Source: Candidatus Syntropharchaeum caldarium (GTDB lineage: Archaea > Halobacteriota > Syntropharchaeia > Syntropharchaeales > Syntropharchaeaceae). Taken from it: a DNA stretch of 32,000 bases. The notes beneath the pieces are model-generated. The model was not told where the DNA came from and did no database searches. It saw only the letters and a list, made by a program, of their open reading frames with translations. Both the position numbers and the translations under genes were made by a program. Every line of letters begins with the position of its first letter. Position 1 is the stretch's first letter. The stretch is from positions 30,001 to 62,000 of the forward strand of contig LYOS01000001.1 in NCBI GenBank assembly GCA_001766815.1, read 5' to 3'. Shown piece after piece: positions 17,946 through 28,630 of the stretch.

Positions 17946-19533
17946 GTTCGAATGCGGTGATCACATCTGGATGAAACTCGCCAAAGAACCCGACGATCTC
18001 ATCGTTCAATATAATATCTGCTCTTCTCCCTTCAATAAATGCACTGTTATTCGAAGGAACAATCTGGATTGGCTGCCCACTCCAGAGCTCGTGAATTACT
18101 GCATCCACCAGCGACCTAACCTCGGCAAAATCTGCGCTATGATGGATCGAGACCGCTGCAAGGTGAAGTTCATCCCGCTCGTTAATGATGACATCACCAA
18201 TCTCAAAGACCTGCTGCGGAAGTTCTCTGTGCCTGTTGAGTGCGAGTATCTCAAGGAGATTTGGTAGAATTGAAGGTCTTAATATCGTTTGTTCCTCGTT
18301 TATTGGGTGCATGAGCGAAAGATGTGAGTTAGATGAACTCCAGCGCATTCGTTCAAACTGTATGAGTGGGGATGTCAGTGTGAAGGTCATAACTTCATAG
18401 AATCCAAGCCCGACTAAAACGTCTCTTATAGCCGATTTTGTAACCTCGAGTGGATGGATGCTTCCAACACCTGGAGTAACTGGCATTTCGGGCGTTATTC
18501 GATCGTATCCATATCCTATGGCAATATCCTCGATGAGATCAAAATCATGCAGTATATCTGGGCGATATGCTGGTATTAAAACTTCCATGTTTTCGCCATC
18601 AACCCTCTCAATTCCAAAACCCATTCTCTCAAGTGAATTTCTGCAGTCATCAGCGCTCAAGTTAATCCCAATAAGATTTGAAGCCTTTTTAACCGAGAGG
18701 GACATATGTGCTGGTGTAAGGTCTGGCGTGGTTGTGCGCGTGCCTGTTTCAAGATCCACAAGTTCAACAGATCTGGCATCTCCTCCACGTTCAATAAGGG
18801 CGGTGGCAAGAATATTAAGGGCAAATTCAACTGCATCAGTTGTCCCTGTAACATCGATGAAGACATCCCGCGTATTCTCGGTAACACGTGTGAGTTCACC
18901 ATTTATGATTGGCGGAAAGGATAAAACATCCCCGTTTGCATCGATGATCAGCGGATATTGATCCATACCTTCAAGAATGTTTGCAAATTTTATACCTTTG
19001 GGATGTTTATGCAGGATCTCCTCCATCGTCATCTCGTAGTCGTAATCAAGTGGCACAAACGCAAAATCTGGTGATTTGCCCAAATAGGTAAAAGGTGGTT
19101 TCACGCGTGAGATGTCATGCACGCCAATAGAGACACGCTTTCTATCCCGCCCAAGCACCCAGTGAAGGTGTTCCTGGAGCCCCATCAATGCTTCAATGAA
19201 AGAAGGGATTGTGAAATCAAGATCTCTTACAACAGCGCATACGATGAAGGGACGGAGTGGCTTGACGGAAGGGTCGATCTCAAGTATAACGTCTGAAGGC
19301 TCAACGTTATACACTTTTATGCCAGACTCAGAACCCATAAAAGTTCTCATAGCCCTTGCAACACCCTCAACACTGAAGAGATCAGGTCTGTTTGGGAAGA
19401 ACTCAACATCAACATGATCGTCCTCGATCCGCTCAATGTCTGCCCCGATCATTGGAATCCTCCTGATCACATCGTCCCTGTTGAGACCTGTGAGATCCTC
19501 TAAATCCCTGTAATTCAAGCTTATGATCGGCAT
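17893..19533 (-). CDS. pheT: Phenylalanyl-tRNA synthetase beta subunit (archaeal type)
   Basis: [16 protein letters not shown]...[36 protein letters not shown] is the characteristic archaeal PheT N-terminus. The length is 546 aa. Confidence 0.92.
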   Translation of the reverse strand: MPIISLNYRDLEDLTGLNRDDVIRRIPMIGADIERIEDDHVDVEFFPNRPDLFSVEGVARAMRTFMGSESGIKVYNVEPSDVILEIDPSVKPLRPFIVCAVVRDLDFTIPSFIEALMGLQEHLHWVLGRDRKRVSIGVHDISRVKPPFTYLGKSPDFAFVPLDYDYEMTMEEILHKHPKGIKFANILEGMDQYPLIIDANGDVLSFPPIINGELTRVTENTRDVFIDVTGTTDAVEFALNILATALIERGGDARSVELVDLETGTRTTTPDLTPAHMSLSVKKASNLIGINLSADDCRNSLERMGFGIERVDGENMEVLIPAYRPDILHDFDLIEDIAIGYGYDRITPEMPVTPGVGSIHPLEVTKSAIRDVLVGLGFYEVMTFTLTSPLIQFERMRWSSSNSHLSLMHPINEEQTILRPSILPNLLEILALNRHRELPQQVFEIGDVIINERDELHLAAVSIHHSADFAEVRSLVDAVIHELWSGQPIQIVPSNNSAFIEGRRADIILNDEIVGFFGEFHPDVITAFELEYPTVGFEINVSKLEE

Positions 19534-19555
19534 ATAAATCTATCACGGGGTAATT

Positions 19556-20779
19556 CTATAAAATAATGTCGGAAGACTCGGGGTTTTTCTTACTTTCAGC
19601 GATTGTTTTCAGGATCTGGCTTGCCACAGGTGGACATCCTGGTACAAAAATACCCTTATCCTTATGCTGTATCGTGCAGTTACCGATGCAGAGCGTACCA
19701 TCTGGAAGAGATTCATGTCCTTTCCCGATCGCGATGGTGATTTTATTCTCCTGCCCCCGAAATAGATCAAAGATCTTCTCACTGTATCGATTCAGAAAGA
19801 CAAAAAGTGTGGACTGGCAGGCGCTGCACGACATTTCATCAAGTATGGTGACGCCCGGAAACTGTATCGATAAGTTATCAGGAGGCGGCTCAAAAGGAGA
19901 GGAGAGTTCATCCCATGTATCAGGATTCACCTGGATTCGCGAGAGATCGATCACGCCATATCCACGCATAGCGCCAATCCGCAGGTGTGGCACATCTTCG
20001 GCGGCAAATCCCATCAGGGAGCAGGCAACAGCATCTGCTGCGAAAGGATCTATCCCTGCCACAACAAGATCGAGTTTTTTAGCCGTCCCGGCACTTGGTC
20101 CAAGCCCTTCCATTCCTGTGGTGCCATCAATGATCGATAGATGTGGACGAAGAACTGAGGACATATCGGCGATTGCGATATTGAGAGGTCTCTCATCGAT
20201 ATCTTCAATTTGAGGTAGCATGTGAAGATCAACCTTTGTGCGGCGCCACAGGCATCCTTTCATATTTTTCACAGCCAGCGAGACGACTGTGTGCATGTGT
20301 GTCTTCATGACAGGGATGGAGACAACAACATCGTGCTCAACAACATCGGCACAGACCTCGAGCGACCGTATTGCAACACCGTCTTCGATGATCATGTGAA
20401 TGGGCTGTCGCTCGTCCATATCAATCAATGGACACCGACGTTCACGTGCAACAGATGCAATCCCGGTTGCTTCAAATGCTTCCATCGTTTTGACGCCTGT
20501 TATTGGGCTCTCGCCGATAGCGACTTCTGCTCCCGCCTCGAGAAATGCATCGATTGCCCCAGCCACAACCTGTGGATTGGTTGTAATTCCTGATTCAGGA
20601 GTGGCGATTCGCCCTGCATTGGGTTTCAGGAGAACACGCTTACCCCTGACCACCGATAGATCAATCTGCGATAGAACCTCTCGCGTGTTTGCATAAGCCC
20701 CATCTCCGTGAGCGATGTAGACGTGGGGATTTGACGTATCATCAATGAATAATGCTGGCTTCAGCGACTTCATATTCAT
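19556..20779 (-). CDS. DUF362 domain protein
   Basis: RVLLKPNAGR...TNPQVVAGAIDAFLEAGAEVAIGESP is the DUF362 core signature. The C-terminal Cys pairs (CSACQS, CIGNC, PGCPP) are typical of the family. Confidence 0.75.
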   Translation of the reverse strand: MNMKSLKPALFIDDTSNPHVYIAHGDGAYANTREVLSQIDLSVVRGKRVLLKPNAGRIATPESGITTNPQVVAGAIDAFLEAGAEVAIGESPITGVKTMEAFEATGIASVARERRCPLIDMDERQPIHMIIEDGVAIRSLEVCADVVEHDVVVSIPVMKTHMHTVVSLAVKNMKGCLWRRTKVDLHMLPQIEDIDERPLNIAIADMSSVLRPHLSIIDGTTGMEGLGPSAGTAKKLDLVVAGIDPFAADAVACSLMGFAAEDVPHLRIGAMRGYGVIDLSRIQVNPDTWDELSSPFEPPPDNLSIQFPGVTILDEMSCSACQSTLFVFLNRYSEKIFDLFRGQENKITIAIGKGHESLPDGTLCIGNCTIQHKDKGIFVPGCPPVASQILKTIAESKKNPESSDIIL

Positions 20780-20783
20780 CTTA

Positions 20784-21668
20784 TTAGAGATCTCCTTCCT
20801 GTTGGGCTACGACGTACGATCCGAGCATCCGTATGGTGTTCTCTCTCTCGATTTCAGCGAGTGCTTCCCTTATTCGTGCTTCCTGGGCATGCCCTTCCAC
20901 ATCTATGAAGAAGTGGTACCGTCCGAGCATCTCTTTTGTTGGACGAGACATGATGGACACCAGATTGATGTTCCGAATAGAAAATGAAGATAGTATATCA
21001 CTCAGCATACCCGGCCTGTCAACACTCTCCACAATAAGAAGCGTTGTCTTGTATTTACGTGCAGGGTCATACGCAATCGTATGCGATGCTATGGTGATAA
21101 ATCTGGTCTGGTTGTTGGAACGATCTGCGATCTCAGGTATCACGAGGGGAAAGTCACCAGGTTTCACAGCAAAAGATGGGACAATGGCCGCCTCGTTTGG
21201 GATTCTCTTCTGCAATTGTTCCAGTGATGTTCCATTGCTCTGGGTGGTGATCACGCTCACACCCATATCCCCCATCTTATCAAGAAAACGCTCACACTGT
21301 CCCTGTGTTACAAACTGGGCATACACCTTTTCTACCTGATCAAGCGAACTGCAGTTGGCAGCAAACGTGAACTGTATAGGTAAGAGCAACTCATGCACAA
21401 TGAAAAGGTCGCTATGGATCAGATGATCGAGTACGGCGCTAACATACCCCTCTGCCATATTCTCTATGGGTAGAACTGCACATGAACACTTTGCACCAAC
21501 CGCATCAAACACCTTCCCGATTGTAGGGTATAGCTCTACACTAAACGCTCTACCAAGTGTCTTACCATACTTTATTGCCGCAAGTTCAGAGAATGTGTTT
21601 GCTGGGCCAAGGGCTGCGATTTTTATCATATCAAATATAGATACTTCGTTTATCTTCTTAATATTCAC
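20784..21668 (-). CDS. pheA: Prephenate dehydratase (PDT domain plus ACT domain)
   Basis: IAALGPANTFSELAA, PIENMAEGYV, NQTRFITIA (TRF motif) and a C-terminal ACT region (DRPGMLSDILSSF...IMSRPTK..YHFFIDVEGH). Confidence 0.9.
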   Translation of the reverse strand: MNIKKINEVSIFDMIKIAALGPANTFSELAAIKYGKTLGRAFSVELYPTIGKVFDAVGAKCSCAVLPIENMAEGYVSAVLDHLIHSDLFIVHELLLPIQFTFAANCSSLDQVEKVYAQFVTQGQCERFLDKMGDMGVSVITTQSNGTSLEQLQKRIPNEAAIVPSFAVKPGDFPLVIPEIADRSNNQTRFITIASHTIAYDPARKYKTTLLIVESVDRPGMLSDILSSFSIRNINLVSIMSRPTKEMLGRYHFFIDVEGHAQEARIREALAEIERENTIRMLGSYVVAQQEGDL

Positions 21669-21695
21669 GGTCTATCTGTGTAACAAGACGGTAAC

Positions 21696-21704
21696 ATATA
21701 TAAA
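21696..21704 (+). promoter_or_regulatory. Candidate TATA box for tRNA-Lys
   Basis: ATATATAAA lies about 35-40 nt upstream of the mature tRNA 5' end. Confidence 0.35.
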
Positions 21705-21737
21705 CAGGGATACGGTCATAGATATGGCAATATGGCT

Positions 21738-21811
21738 GGGCCGGTAGCTTAGTTAGGCAGAGCGACGGGCTCTTAACCCGTAGGCCAGGGGTTCAAATCC
21801 CTTCCGGCCCG
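21738..21811 (+). tRNA. tRNA-Lys (anticodon CUU), 74 nt, no encoded CCA
   Basis: A manual cloverleaf works. The acceptor stem is GGGCCGG/CCGGCCC. The D stem is GCTT/AGAGC-type and includes one G-U pair. The anticodon stem is ACGGG/CCCGT with loop CTCTTAA, giving anticodon CTT. The T arm is AGGGG-TTCAAAT-CCCTT, and the discriminator is G. Confidence 0.9.
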
Positions 21812-21823
21812 TTGTGATAAGAG

Positions 21824-23008
21824 ATGACCGAAGAGGCAGAGTATAAGAAAGCTGTGCTCGTAATCTGCGATGGACTTGCAGACAGAGGGACTTCGACACC
21901 GCTTTCAGAGGCAGAAACACCAAATATGGATCGGTTAGCAGGAGATGGTATCTGCGGACTGATGCATTCGATATCACCTGGGATTGTCCCAGGAAGTGAT
22001 ACAGCGCACCTTGCGATTCTTGGCGGCGATCCCTATGAAGACTATCCTGGTAGAGGGCCATTTGAGGCGCTTGGGGCAGGAATCGAACTTAAAGAAGGTG
22101 ACGTCGCATTCAGGGCGAACTTTGCAACGATCGATAATAACTGGGAAATTCTTGATCGAAGGGCAGGGCGATTCGGTTCAGACGAACTCGCAGAGGCGCT
22201 TAACATCAAGATTGATGGTGTCAGGTTTATCGTAAAGCACACGACAGAACATCGCTGCGCGCTGGTTATGCGAGGAAAGGGGCTATCAGGTGCGATCTCT
22301 GATGTGGATCCACACGATATGGGAAAAGTCCTTAAGTCAGGCCCACTTGAGGATACAGATGAGTCAAGAAGAACCGCAAAACTCCTGAATGAATTTGTGC
22401 GGCGATCACACGATATTTTGAGTGAATTTCAGACCCCTGCAAACGTCCTTCTTACAAGGGGAGCAGGTGAATTCAGGCAGGTTATGAGTATAAAGGACGC
22501 TTTTGGATTTGACGGGTTCTGTGTGGCAGGATCTGCGCTTTACAAAGGTGTTGCAAAGTATCTGGGAATGGATGTCATTGAGGTTGAGGGTGCAACAGGC
22601 AGGGCGGACACAGATCTTGGAGCAAAGGCAGATGCGCTTTTATCCCACATCGAGGACTATGATCTTGGTTTTGTTCACATCAAAGCAACAGACAGTAAAG
22701 GGCATGACGGGGACTGGAAAGGTAAGAAAGAATTCATTGAAAGGATAGACCGTGAGTTTATCGCACGGATCATCGATATTGATGCCTATATCATACTGAC
22801 TGCTGACCACTCAACACCGGTTTCCATCAGGCGCCACAGCAGCGATCCTGTTCCGGTACTGATGCATGGTGAGGGCGTGCGAACCGATCAGGTTAAAGCA
22901 TTCAATGAACTCACCTGTGCCCAGGGTGGTCTTGGCGCCATACATGGCGTTGATCTGATGCCGATTATCGCAGACTATATGGGCTACTACAGGATGTACG
23001 GGGTTTAA
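21824..23008 (+). CDS. apgM: 2,3-bisphosphoglycerate-independent phosphoglycerate mutase, archaeal type
   Basis: [13 protein letters not shown]...[32 protein letters not shown] and LTADHSTP are ApgM/alkaline-phosphatase-superfamily motifs. Confidence 0.9.
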   Translation: MTEEAEYKKAVLVICDGLADRGTSTPLSEAETPNMDRLAGDGICGLMHSISPGIVPGSDTAHLAILGGDPYEDYPGRGPFEALGAGIELKEGDVAFRANFATIDNNWEILDRRAGRFGSDELAEALNIKIDGVRFIVKHTTEHRCALVMRGKGLSGAISDVDPHDMGKVLKSGPLEDTDESRRTAKLLNEFVRRSHDILSEFQTPANVLLTRGAGEFRQVMSIKDAFGFDGFCVAGSALYKGVAKYLGMDVIEVEGATGRADTDLGAKADALLSHIEDYDLGFVHIKATDSKGHDGDWKGKKEFIERIDREFIARIIDIDAYIILTADHSTPVSIRRHSSDPVPVLMHGEGVRTDQVKAFNELTCAQGGLGAIHGVDLMPIIADYMGYYRMYGV

Positions 23009-23871
23009 GGAATCCTGATCATCGCGCCTGTTAGAAATGCGATGAGACCGAAGAGAAGCGCTATTAAAGATAGGGAACGGAGTTGATTGACAGTCTCCTT
23101 ATCGGCAGTTAGTAACCTGATGCAGAGATAGAGAAGGAGAAGATCGGTTATAAGGAGCGGGATCAGATAAGCGAGGTTCATGTGGTAGACTGGATCGATC
23201 TTGAGAAGAAATGGGAGCGGACTTATCGAGATCCCCAAAAAATAGAGTAATATTGAGACCTGTTTTGCCCGAATAACACCCCATTTTCTCGCAATTGTTT
23301 TAACGTCCCTTATCGCATCTCCTTCGACATCAACGATCCCTTTCATAACTTCTCTCCCAAATCCGATCAGAAATGCAATGGATGCAAGAATCAGCAGGAT
23401 CGGATCGAGTTCAGACTTTATCAGAAAACCTCCGAAGATAAACGGAACCGCCATTGTGATGCTTATATAGATATTTCCACCGATACCAGTCTCCTTGAGC
23501 TTGATGTCATAAAGAATGCCAAAGATCGCAGCAAGATAGGCAAGAATGATACAGGGAACGGTCAGAAATAGTGCAACTATCAATCCAAGCGCGGTTAAAA
23601 GCCACCCAATCAGAAAAGCCTCTCTGGGCGTGATTTTTCCTGTTACAAGGGGTCTGTCAAGTCGATTGTTCTTCCTGTCAACCTCAAAATCATAATAGTC
23701 GTTCAGGGCAAAAGTTCCCGCTTCAAGGAGGATGGCTGTAAGCGTCCCAGTAAACAGGATCGATGCATCGGCAAGCCCTCCTCCTGCAAGTATTGCACCC
23801 ACAATCACCGCTGCTGCATACATGATGCCATGTTCTGCCCTTGTAAGCTTCCAGATTGCCTTAAACTGCAT
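23005..23871 (-). CDS. UbiA-family prenyltransferase, probably digeranylgeranylglyceryl phosphate synthase
   Basis: This 288-aa polytopic membrane protein has the Asp-rich motif LNDYYDFEVDRKN and a second Asp-rich region (KGIVDVEGD). Its size and layout fit archaeal DGGGP synthase. Confidence 0.7.
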   Translation of the reverse strand: MQFKAIWKLTRAEHGIMYAAAVIVGAILAGGGLADASILFTGTLTAILLEAGTFALNDYYDFEVDRKNNRLDRPLVTGKITPREAFLIGWLLTALGLIVALFLTVPCIILAYLAAIFGILYDIKLKETGIGGNIYISITMAVPFIFGGFLIKSELDPILLILASIAFLIGFGREVMKGIVDVEGDAIRDVKTIARKWGVIRAKQVSILLYFLGISISPLPFLLKIDPVYHMNLAYLIPLLITDLLLLYLCIRLLTADKETVNQLRSLSLIALLFGLIAFLTGAMIRIP

Positions 23872-23906
23872 AGACTGTACTCCTGGTCACTGTTACATAA
23901 AACTTC

Positions 23907-24950
23907 TTAATGCTCTTCATTAACACATCGCTTCATCGGTTCGGTCATGATCGGTTCTTCTTTCAAAAGTCCTTCTGGTCTGTAGAGGAGAATCAGAAGC
24001 ATCATAACCCCGAATATGATATATTCAAGCCATACAGTCTCAAATGGTAGATGGAGAAGATCACTGATCTCGTACTTGTATGTTGTAAGAAGTATCTTTA
24101 TCAGGACAAAAGAGAGAGTCCCGAGCAGAATTCCTTTTCTGTTACCAGCCCCGCCAAGCAGAATCATAAGGAATGGGTAGAACGTCCATTCAACACGGCC
24201 AAAACTCGTTGCAATGACGTTTAGTGTGTACAGCGAGTAAAGAGCGCCTGCAATCGCTGCAACAGCCGATCCAAGTGCAACTGTACGCACTCTTATCCAC
24301 ATGACCTCCCGCCCACACGCCTTCACAACCTCCTCATCCTCGCGCATCGCTCTGAGAAGTCGCCCGTAGGGTGAGGTCAGGATCCTGTCCAGGAGAATGT
24401 AGATCACAGCTGCTGTCACGATTACAAGCGACGCAAAGAGAACCGTCCTCCACTCAGCGGGTGCCCATGCAAATATGTCAGGAACTGATACCCCATAATA
24501 ACCACCTATTATATTGGGATTGTAGTAAGCAACCATGAACATCACCTCACTTATCGCAAGAAGTGTTATCGCGAGGTAATCTTCAGAAAGCCTTGCACTC
24601 GGGAGGATGAAGATCGCACCTGTAACAGCACCCATGATTGCTGCAAGAATCAGGATAAGCAGGAGTAATGCAGGTGCGATCAGCGGGTTCTGCATCATCA
24701 GGTTATTCATTGTTGACCTGATCACGCCGCTTGTTGTTGTTATCTCACCACTTATGCCAAGCAATGCCATAAGCATCCTGTTGACGAGTGCTCCTGCCGC
24801 TATTGCACCCATCAAAACCGCAAGCGCCCTACCAAAGTTTGGGATGCCCCCGAGTCCATATTCAACGTGCAGACTCAGTGATACGATCAGGTAGAGCCCG
24901 AACCAGATCAGAATATTCAGTATGATGTCTTCAAACGAGATCGCCACCAC
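23907..24950 (-). CDS. livM: Branched-chain amino acid ABC transporter permease (LivM-type)
   Basis: Hydrophobic 347-aa protein with ...LHVEYGLGGIPNFG... and ...RLLRAMREDEEVVKACG..., both typical LivM regions. Confidence 0.85.
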   Translation of the reverse strand: MVAISFEDIILNILIWFGLYLIVSLSLHVEYGLGGIPNFGRALAVLMGAIAAGALVNRMLMALLGISGEITTTSGVIRSTMNNLMMQNPLIAPALLLLILILAAIMGAVTGAIFILPSARLSEDYLAITLLAISEVMFMVAYYNPNIIGGYYGVSVPDIFAWAPAEWRTVLFASLVIVTAAVIYILLDRILTSPYGRLLRAMREDEEVVKACGREVMWIRVRTVALGSAVAAIAGALYSLYTLNVIATSFGRVEWTFYPFLMILLGGAGNRKGILLGTLSFVLIKILLTTYKYEISDLLHLPFETVWLEYIIFGVMMLLILLYRPEGLLKEEPIMTEPMKRCVNEEH

Positions 24951-25843
24951 CTCCTCCAGTTAATACCTGCGATGCCCTGAGGAGCTAAAAGAAGCATTAA
25001 CACAAGTATTGCAAGTGATATGACCTTTCCGTAGATCAAAATACCCGATCCAAGAATTAACGATAGTCTGTATGTGATAAGTGACTCTGATAGTCCTATT
25101 GCATACCCTCCAAGGACCGCACCAAAGATATTTCCAATCCCCCCAACGATGCTTGCTGCAAAGATTGATACGATGATAATCGCACCTGTTGCAGGCACGA
25201 TCTCCTGTCTGAATGGTAGAAGCGAGCCTGCGGTGGATGCGAGTGCGCCTGAGAGCATCCATGCAAATAATCTGGTATATTCAAGATTCACGCCCATCAC
25301 CTCTGCAAGTGCAGGATTCTCCATCGATGCTCTGAGTGCTATCCCAAACTTTGTTTTATAGAGGAGAATCAGAAGGGATGCAATCAGCAGGATAATCACA
25401 AGAGCAGAGACGACGAGTACCCCGGATACACCCGCGATATCGTGGTCAAGCGGTGTGAAGATGAACTTTGCAGCACTTTTTCCACTTATACCACTGAGAA
25501 ACTCTGAATATGCCCCGATCATCCCAAAGAGCACAAGATCGAGCGCGAGTGTTGCAATCATGAGGATGACTGAGGTTGCGCCGCGTTTTATGAGTGGTCG
25601 GAGGACGATTATGTAGACACCTGCACCGAGCACACCCCCGGCTACGAATGCCAGTGGAATCGAGTGGTATGGGTGCAGATCAAAGATTCTGAGGGCTGTG
25701 AGGGTGAGATAGGAGCCAAATACTGCAAATGAGCCCTGAGCAAAGTTTGCAACACCTGTTGTGATGTATGTCAGGGTGAGCCCTATTGCAAGAAGAATGA
25801 GCAGATTTGAGTATACGATCGCCCCTTCCACCACCATTATCAT
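24917..25843 (-). CDS. livH: Branched-chain amino acid ABC transporter permease (LivH-type)
   Basis: ...LLAIGLTLTYITTGVANFAQGSF... and ...IALRASMENPALAEVMGVN... are typical LivH regions. The 3' end overlaps the livM start. Confidence 0.85.
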   Translation of the reverse strand: MIMVVEGAIVYSNLLILLAIGLTLTYITTGVANFAQGSFAVFGSYLTLTALRIFDLHPYHSIPLAFVAGGVLGAGVYIIVLRPLIKRGATSVILMIATLALDLVLFGMIGAYSEFLSGISGKSAAKFIFTPLDHDIAGVSGVLVVSALVIILLIASLLILLYKTKFGIALRASMENPALAEVMGVNLEYTRLFAWMLSGALASTAGSLLPFRQEIVPATGAIIIVSIFAASIVGGIGNIFGAVLGGYAIGLSESLITYRLSLILGSGILIYGKVISLAILVLMLLLAPQGIAGINWRRWWRSRLKTSY

Positions 25844-25898
25844 ACACTCCCCTCTTATTCAGAAATCTTTTTAAAGCTTGGCATTAAAGCGAAAAAGT

Positions 25899-27161
25899 AT
25901 GAGGGCAAGTGGATTTATATTAGCTGTATTGATCGTGATAACTGCACTTTCCGGGTGCATAGGAGATGACGGTACTCTCGAAGAAGCTCCAACTGAAGAG
26001 ATTCCGATTGGGGTCCTCGTTGATCTCTCAGGGCCGCTTACAACCTATGGCGAGGATATAAAAAATACGGTTACGATCGCATCCGAGGACATAAACAACT
26101 ACTTCGATGCCAGGGGAAAACCTTATCGTGTAAAACTCTATGTAGAGGATACAAAGGTTGATCCCACGATCACACAGCAGAAGGTGGAAGCACTCAATGG
26201 AAGGGGGATCAAGCTCATCGTGGGTCCCATGGGAAGCGGTGAGACAAAACAGATCGCAGGATATGTAACTGCAAACGGGATCATCATCATATCACCTTCA
26301 TCAACAACAGCAGTTGAGAATCTCGGTATCACAGAGCCGGAGGAGAAGCGATATATCTATCGGTTCGTTGCACTCGATACTTTTCAGACAAAGGCGATCG
26401 CAAAGGAGCTTGACGAACTTGGAAAAAAAGCAGTCTGCATCGCTTATGTTGGAAACGCATGGGGTAAGGGTCTAAACGATAACATCCTCCCTGAGCTTGA
26501 GGCGTATGGTATAAGCGTGAAAGACTCGATTGAGTATTCAGACCCGGCCCCAGCCGACTTCACACCGTATATTGCAACGCTTGAGACGGATGTGAATGAG
26601 TTATCTGCAAGATACACGCTGGATGAGATCGCAATCGTTATGTTCAGCTATGAGGAGGCGTTCACGATGCTATCTCAGGTCGATGATGGATCGGTTCTTC
26701 TCGATGTAACCTGGGTCGGATGTGACGGTACTGCGAAGAGCGATAAGATCACAGAGGTCTGTGAAAAATCAGATGCAGTTGGATTCTACAGCACACTCTT
26801 TGAGTCAAAAGGTGAGGCGTTTGAGAGCCTGAACGCAACATACAGCAGCCGTTTTGGCGGGAGTGCGTATCAGTACGGTTTGAATGCCTATGATGCTGCA
26901 TGGGTACTTGCACTATCCTATGCAGAGCTTCGCGATAGTGGTGCCGCGTTTAGCACTGATGCAATGACCGAAATCATCCCAGAGGTTACCGAGAAGTTCA
27001 GCAAAGGCGAGTATGATCAAAAGACGGTGAGTGGGTATATAGCACTCGATGAGTACAATGACCGTGCATCAGGTGATTATGCGATCTACAGGGTCGAAAA
27101 TTGTACATGGACTCGTGCAGGACTATGGAGGTATGAATCAAACGAGATCGAGTGGGAATGA
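25899..27161 (+). CDS. ABC transporter substrate-binding protein (LivK/Peripla_BP_6-like), lipobox-type signal
   Basis: MRASGFILAVLIVITALSGC is a signal peptide with an LSGC lipobox-like site. It is followed by IGVLVDLSGPLTTYGED..., typical of branched-chain amino acid binding proteins. I prefer the ATG at 25899 over the TTG at 25878. Confidence 0.8.
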   Translation: MRASGFILAVLIVITALSGCIGDDGTLEEAPTEEIPIGVLVDLSGPLTTYGEDIKNTVTIASEDINNYFDARGKPYRVKLYVEDTKVDPTITQQKVEALNGRGIKLIVGPMGSGETKQIAGYVTANGIIIISPSSTTAVENLGITEPEEKRYIYRFVALDTFQTKAIAKELDELGKKAVCIAYVGNAWGKGLNDNILPELEAYGISVKDSIEYSDPAPADFTPYIATLETDVNELSARYTLDEIAIVMFSYEEAFTMLSQVDDGSVLLDVTWVGCDGTAKSDKITEVCEKSDAVGFYSTLFESKGEAFESLNATYSSRFGGSAYQYGLNAYDAAWVLALSYAELRDSGAAFSTDAMTEIIPEVTEKFSKGEYDQKTVSGYIALDEYNDRASGDYAIYRVENCTWTRAGLWRYESNEIEWE

Positions 27162-27906
27162 AGATACGTTGCTCAAGGTCGACGGAATCTGCAAGCACTT
27201 TGACGGTGTCACAGCCCTCGATGGGGTTAAAATCTCACTTGAACGTGCCAGAATCACGCTTCTCATCGGTCCAAATGGGAGCGGTAAGAGCACGTTGATT
27301 GAGACGATAACAGGGTTCTGTCAACCAGATTCCGGGAACATAATCTTCGAGGGTGAGGATATCACAGGAATCCCACCCCATCGTATCTATGATCTTGGAA
27401 TCTCACGAACATTTCAGATACCAAGACCACTCAGGCGATTGACACTACTTGAAAATCTGATGGTCGCTGAAAAAAGTCCTGGAGATACGATCTGGGGGAG
27501 TTTCAGGCGAGACTGGCTCAAAAAGGAGGAGGAAATTGCAGAGCGAGCATTCGAACTGCTTGAGTTTCTCGGACTGGATGGGATGTGGGATCACCCTGCT
27601 TCAAACCTGAGTGGCGGACAGTTGAAGCTGCTTGAGCTTGGAAGGGCGTTGATGCGGGATGTGAAACTCCTGATAATGGACGAGCCAATCGCAGGGGTTG
27701 TACCACAGCTTGCAGAAAAGCTTCTCAATTATCTGAAAGATCTTAAAAAGCAGGGGATCACACTCCTTCTGATTGAGCACAGATTGGACCTCGTTCTTCC
27801 CTATGTGGATAATATCTATGTGATCTCAGATGGCAGGATCATCGCCGAGGGGCGTGAAGAGGTTCTGGAACATCCGGATGTGATTGAGGTGTATCTTGGT
27901 GCTTGA
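27133..27906 (+). CDS. livG: Branched-chain amino acid ABC transporter ATP-binding protein (LivG-type)
   Basis: Walker [10 protein letters not shown], signature [15 protein letters not shown] and Walker B LLIMDEP. The ATG at 27133 is preceded by GGAGG and overlaps the end of the binding-protein gene. Confidence 0.88.
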   Translation: MNQTRSSGNEDTLLKVDGICKHFDGVTALDGVKISLERARITLLIGPNGSGKSTLIETITGFCQPDSGNIIFEGEDITGIPPHRIYDLGISRTFQIPRPLRRLTLLENLMVAEKSPGDTIWGSFRRDWLKKEEEIAERAFELLEFLGLDGMWDHPASNLSGGQLKLLELGRALMRDVKLLIMDEPIAGVVPQLAEKLLNYLKDLKKQGITLLLIEHRLDLVLPYVDNIYVISDGRIIAEGREEVLEHPDVIEVYLGA

Positions 27907-28624
27907 GACAGAATTGCTCAACTGTGGATACGGCGAACTTCAGGTAATATTCGATCTCAGTGCATCGATCGAGCGCGGAATGATCACCGCGGTGCTTGGG
28001 CCAAACGGAAGTGGAAAAAGTACATTCCTGAAAGCACTATCAGGGCTTGCCACCATCTACTCAGGCTGTGTGCGGTATGAGGGTCAGGATGTGACCTCAA
28101 TGCCCGCCCATCAAAGAGCAAAACTCGGTATTGCCTATCTTCCACAGACCAATAATGTTTTCTCGAACCTTACGGTAAGCGAGAATCTTCAGATAGCAGG
28201 TTATGTCCTTGATAAGCGTGAGGTTGAAGATCGCATCGATGCTGTGCTTGATCTATTCCCCGAACTTGAAGGATACATGCATAAGAAGGCTGGTACGTTG
28301 AGCGGTGGAGAACGACAGTTTCTCGCGATCGGATCGGCCCTTATCAGAAAGTCAAAGATCCTGATGCTCGATGAACCAACAGCCCATCTCTCACCAAAAC
28401 TCTCGGCAATTGTTCTGGAGCGGATCTCTGAACTCAGGAATAAACTCAATCTGACGATTGTCCTGGTTGAGCAGAATGTGAAAGATACGCTTTTGATAAG
28501 TGATTATGCCTATATCCTGGTGAGCGGGCGGGTTGCATATTACGGAGATGCAGGTGCGCTGCGTGATACACCTTCTCTTGATTTAATCATCAAGAAGTTT
28601 CTTTTTGGGAGAGAAGGAGCATAA
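27899..28624 (+). CDS. livF: Branched-chain amino acid ABC transporter ATP-binding protein (LivF-type)
   Basis: Walker [10 protein letters not shown], signature [15 protein letters not shown] and Walker B ILMLDEP. The GTG at 27899 overlaps the livG stop; the alternative is the TTG at 27884. Confidence 0.88.
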   Translation: MLETELLNCGYGELQVIFDLSASIERGMITAVLGPNGSGKSTFLKALSGLATIYSGCVRYEGQDVTSMPAHQRAKLGIAYLPQTNNVFSNLTVSENLQIAGYVLDKREVEDRIDAVLDLFPELEGYMHKKAGTLSGGERQFLAIGSALIRKSKILMLDEPTAHLSPKLSAIVLERISELRNKLNLTIVLVEQNVKDTLLISDYAYILVSGRVAYYGDAGALRDTPSLDLIIKKFLFGREGA

Positions 28625-28630
28625 CTCCCC

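Noticed and set aside
19566-20696. Plus-strand ORFs of 215, 123 and 98 aa inside the DUF362 gene
   Set aside because: They are fully nested antisense to a gene with clear family signatures, and no motifs are present.
2-21811. Functional link between lysK and tRNA-Lys(CUU) occurring in the same window
   Set aside because: They are 20 kb apart, in different transcription units, with many unrelated genes between them. This is most likely coincidence.
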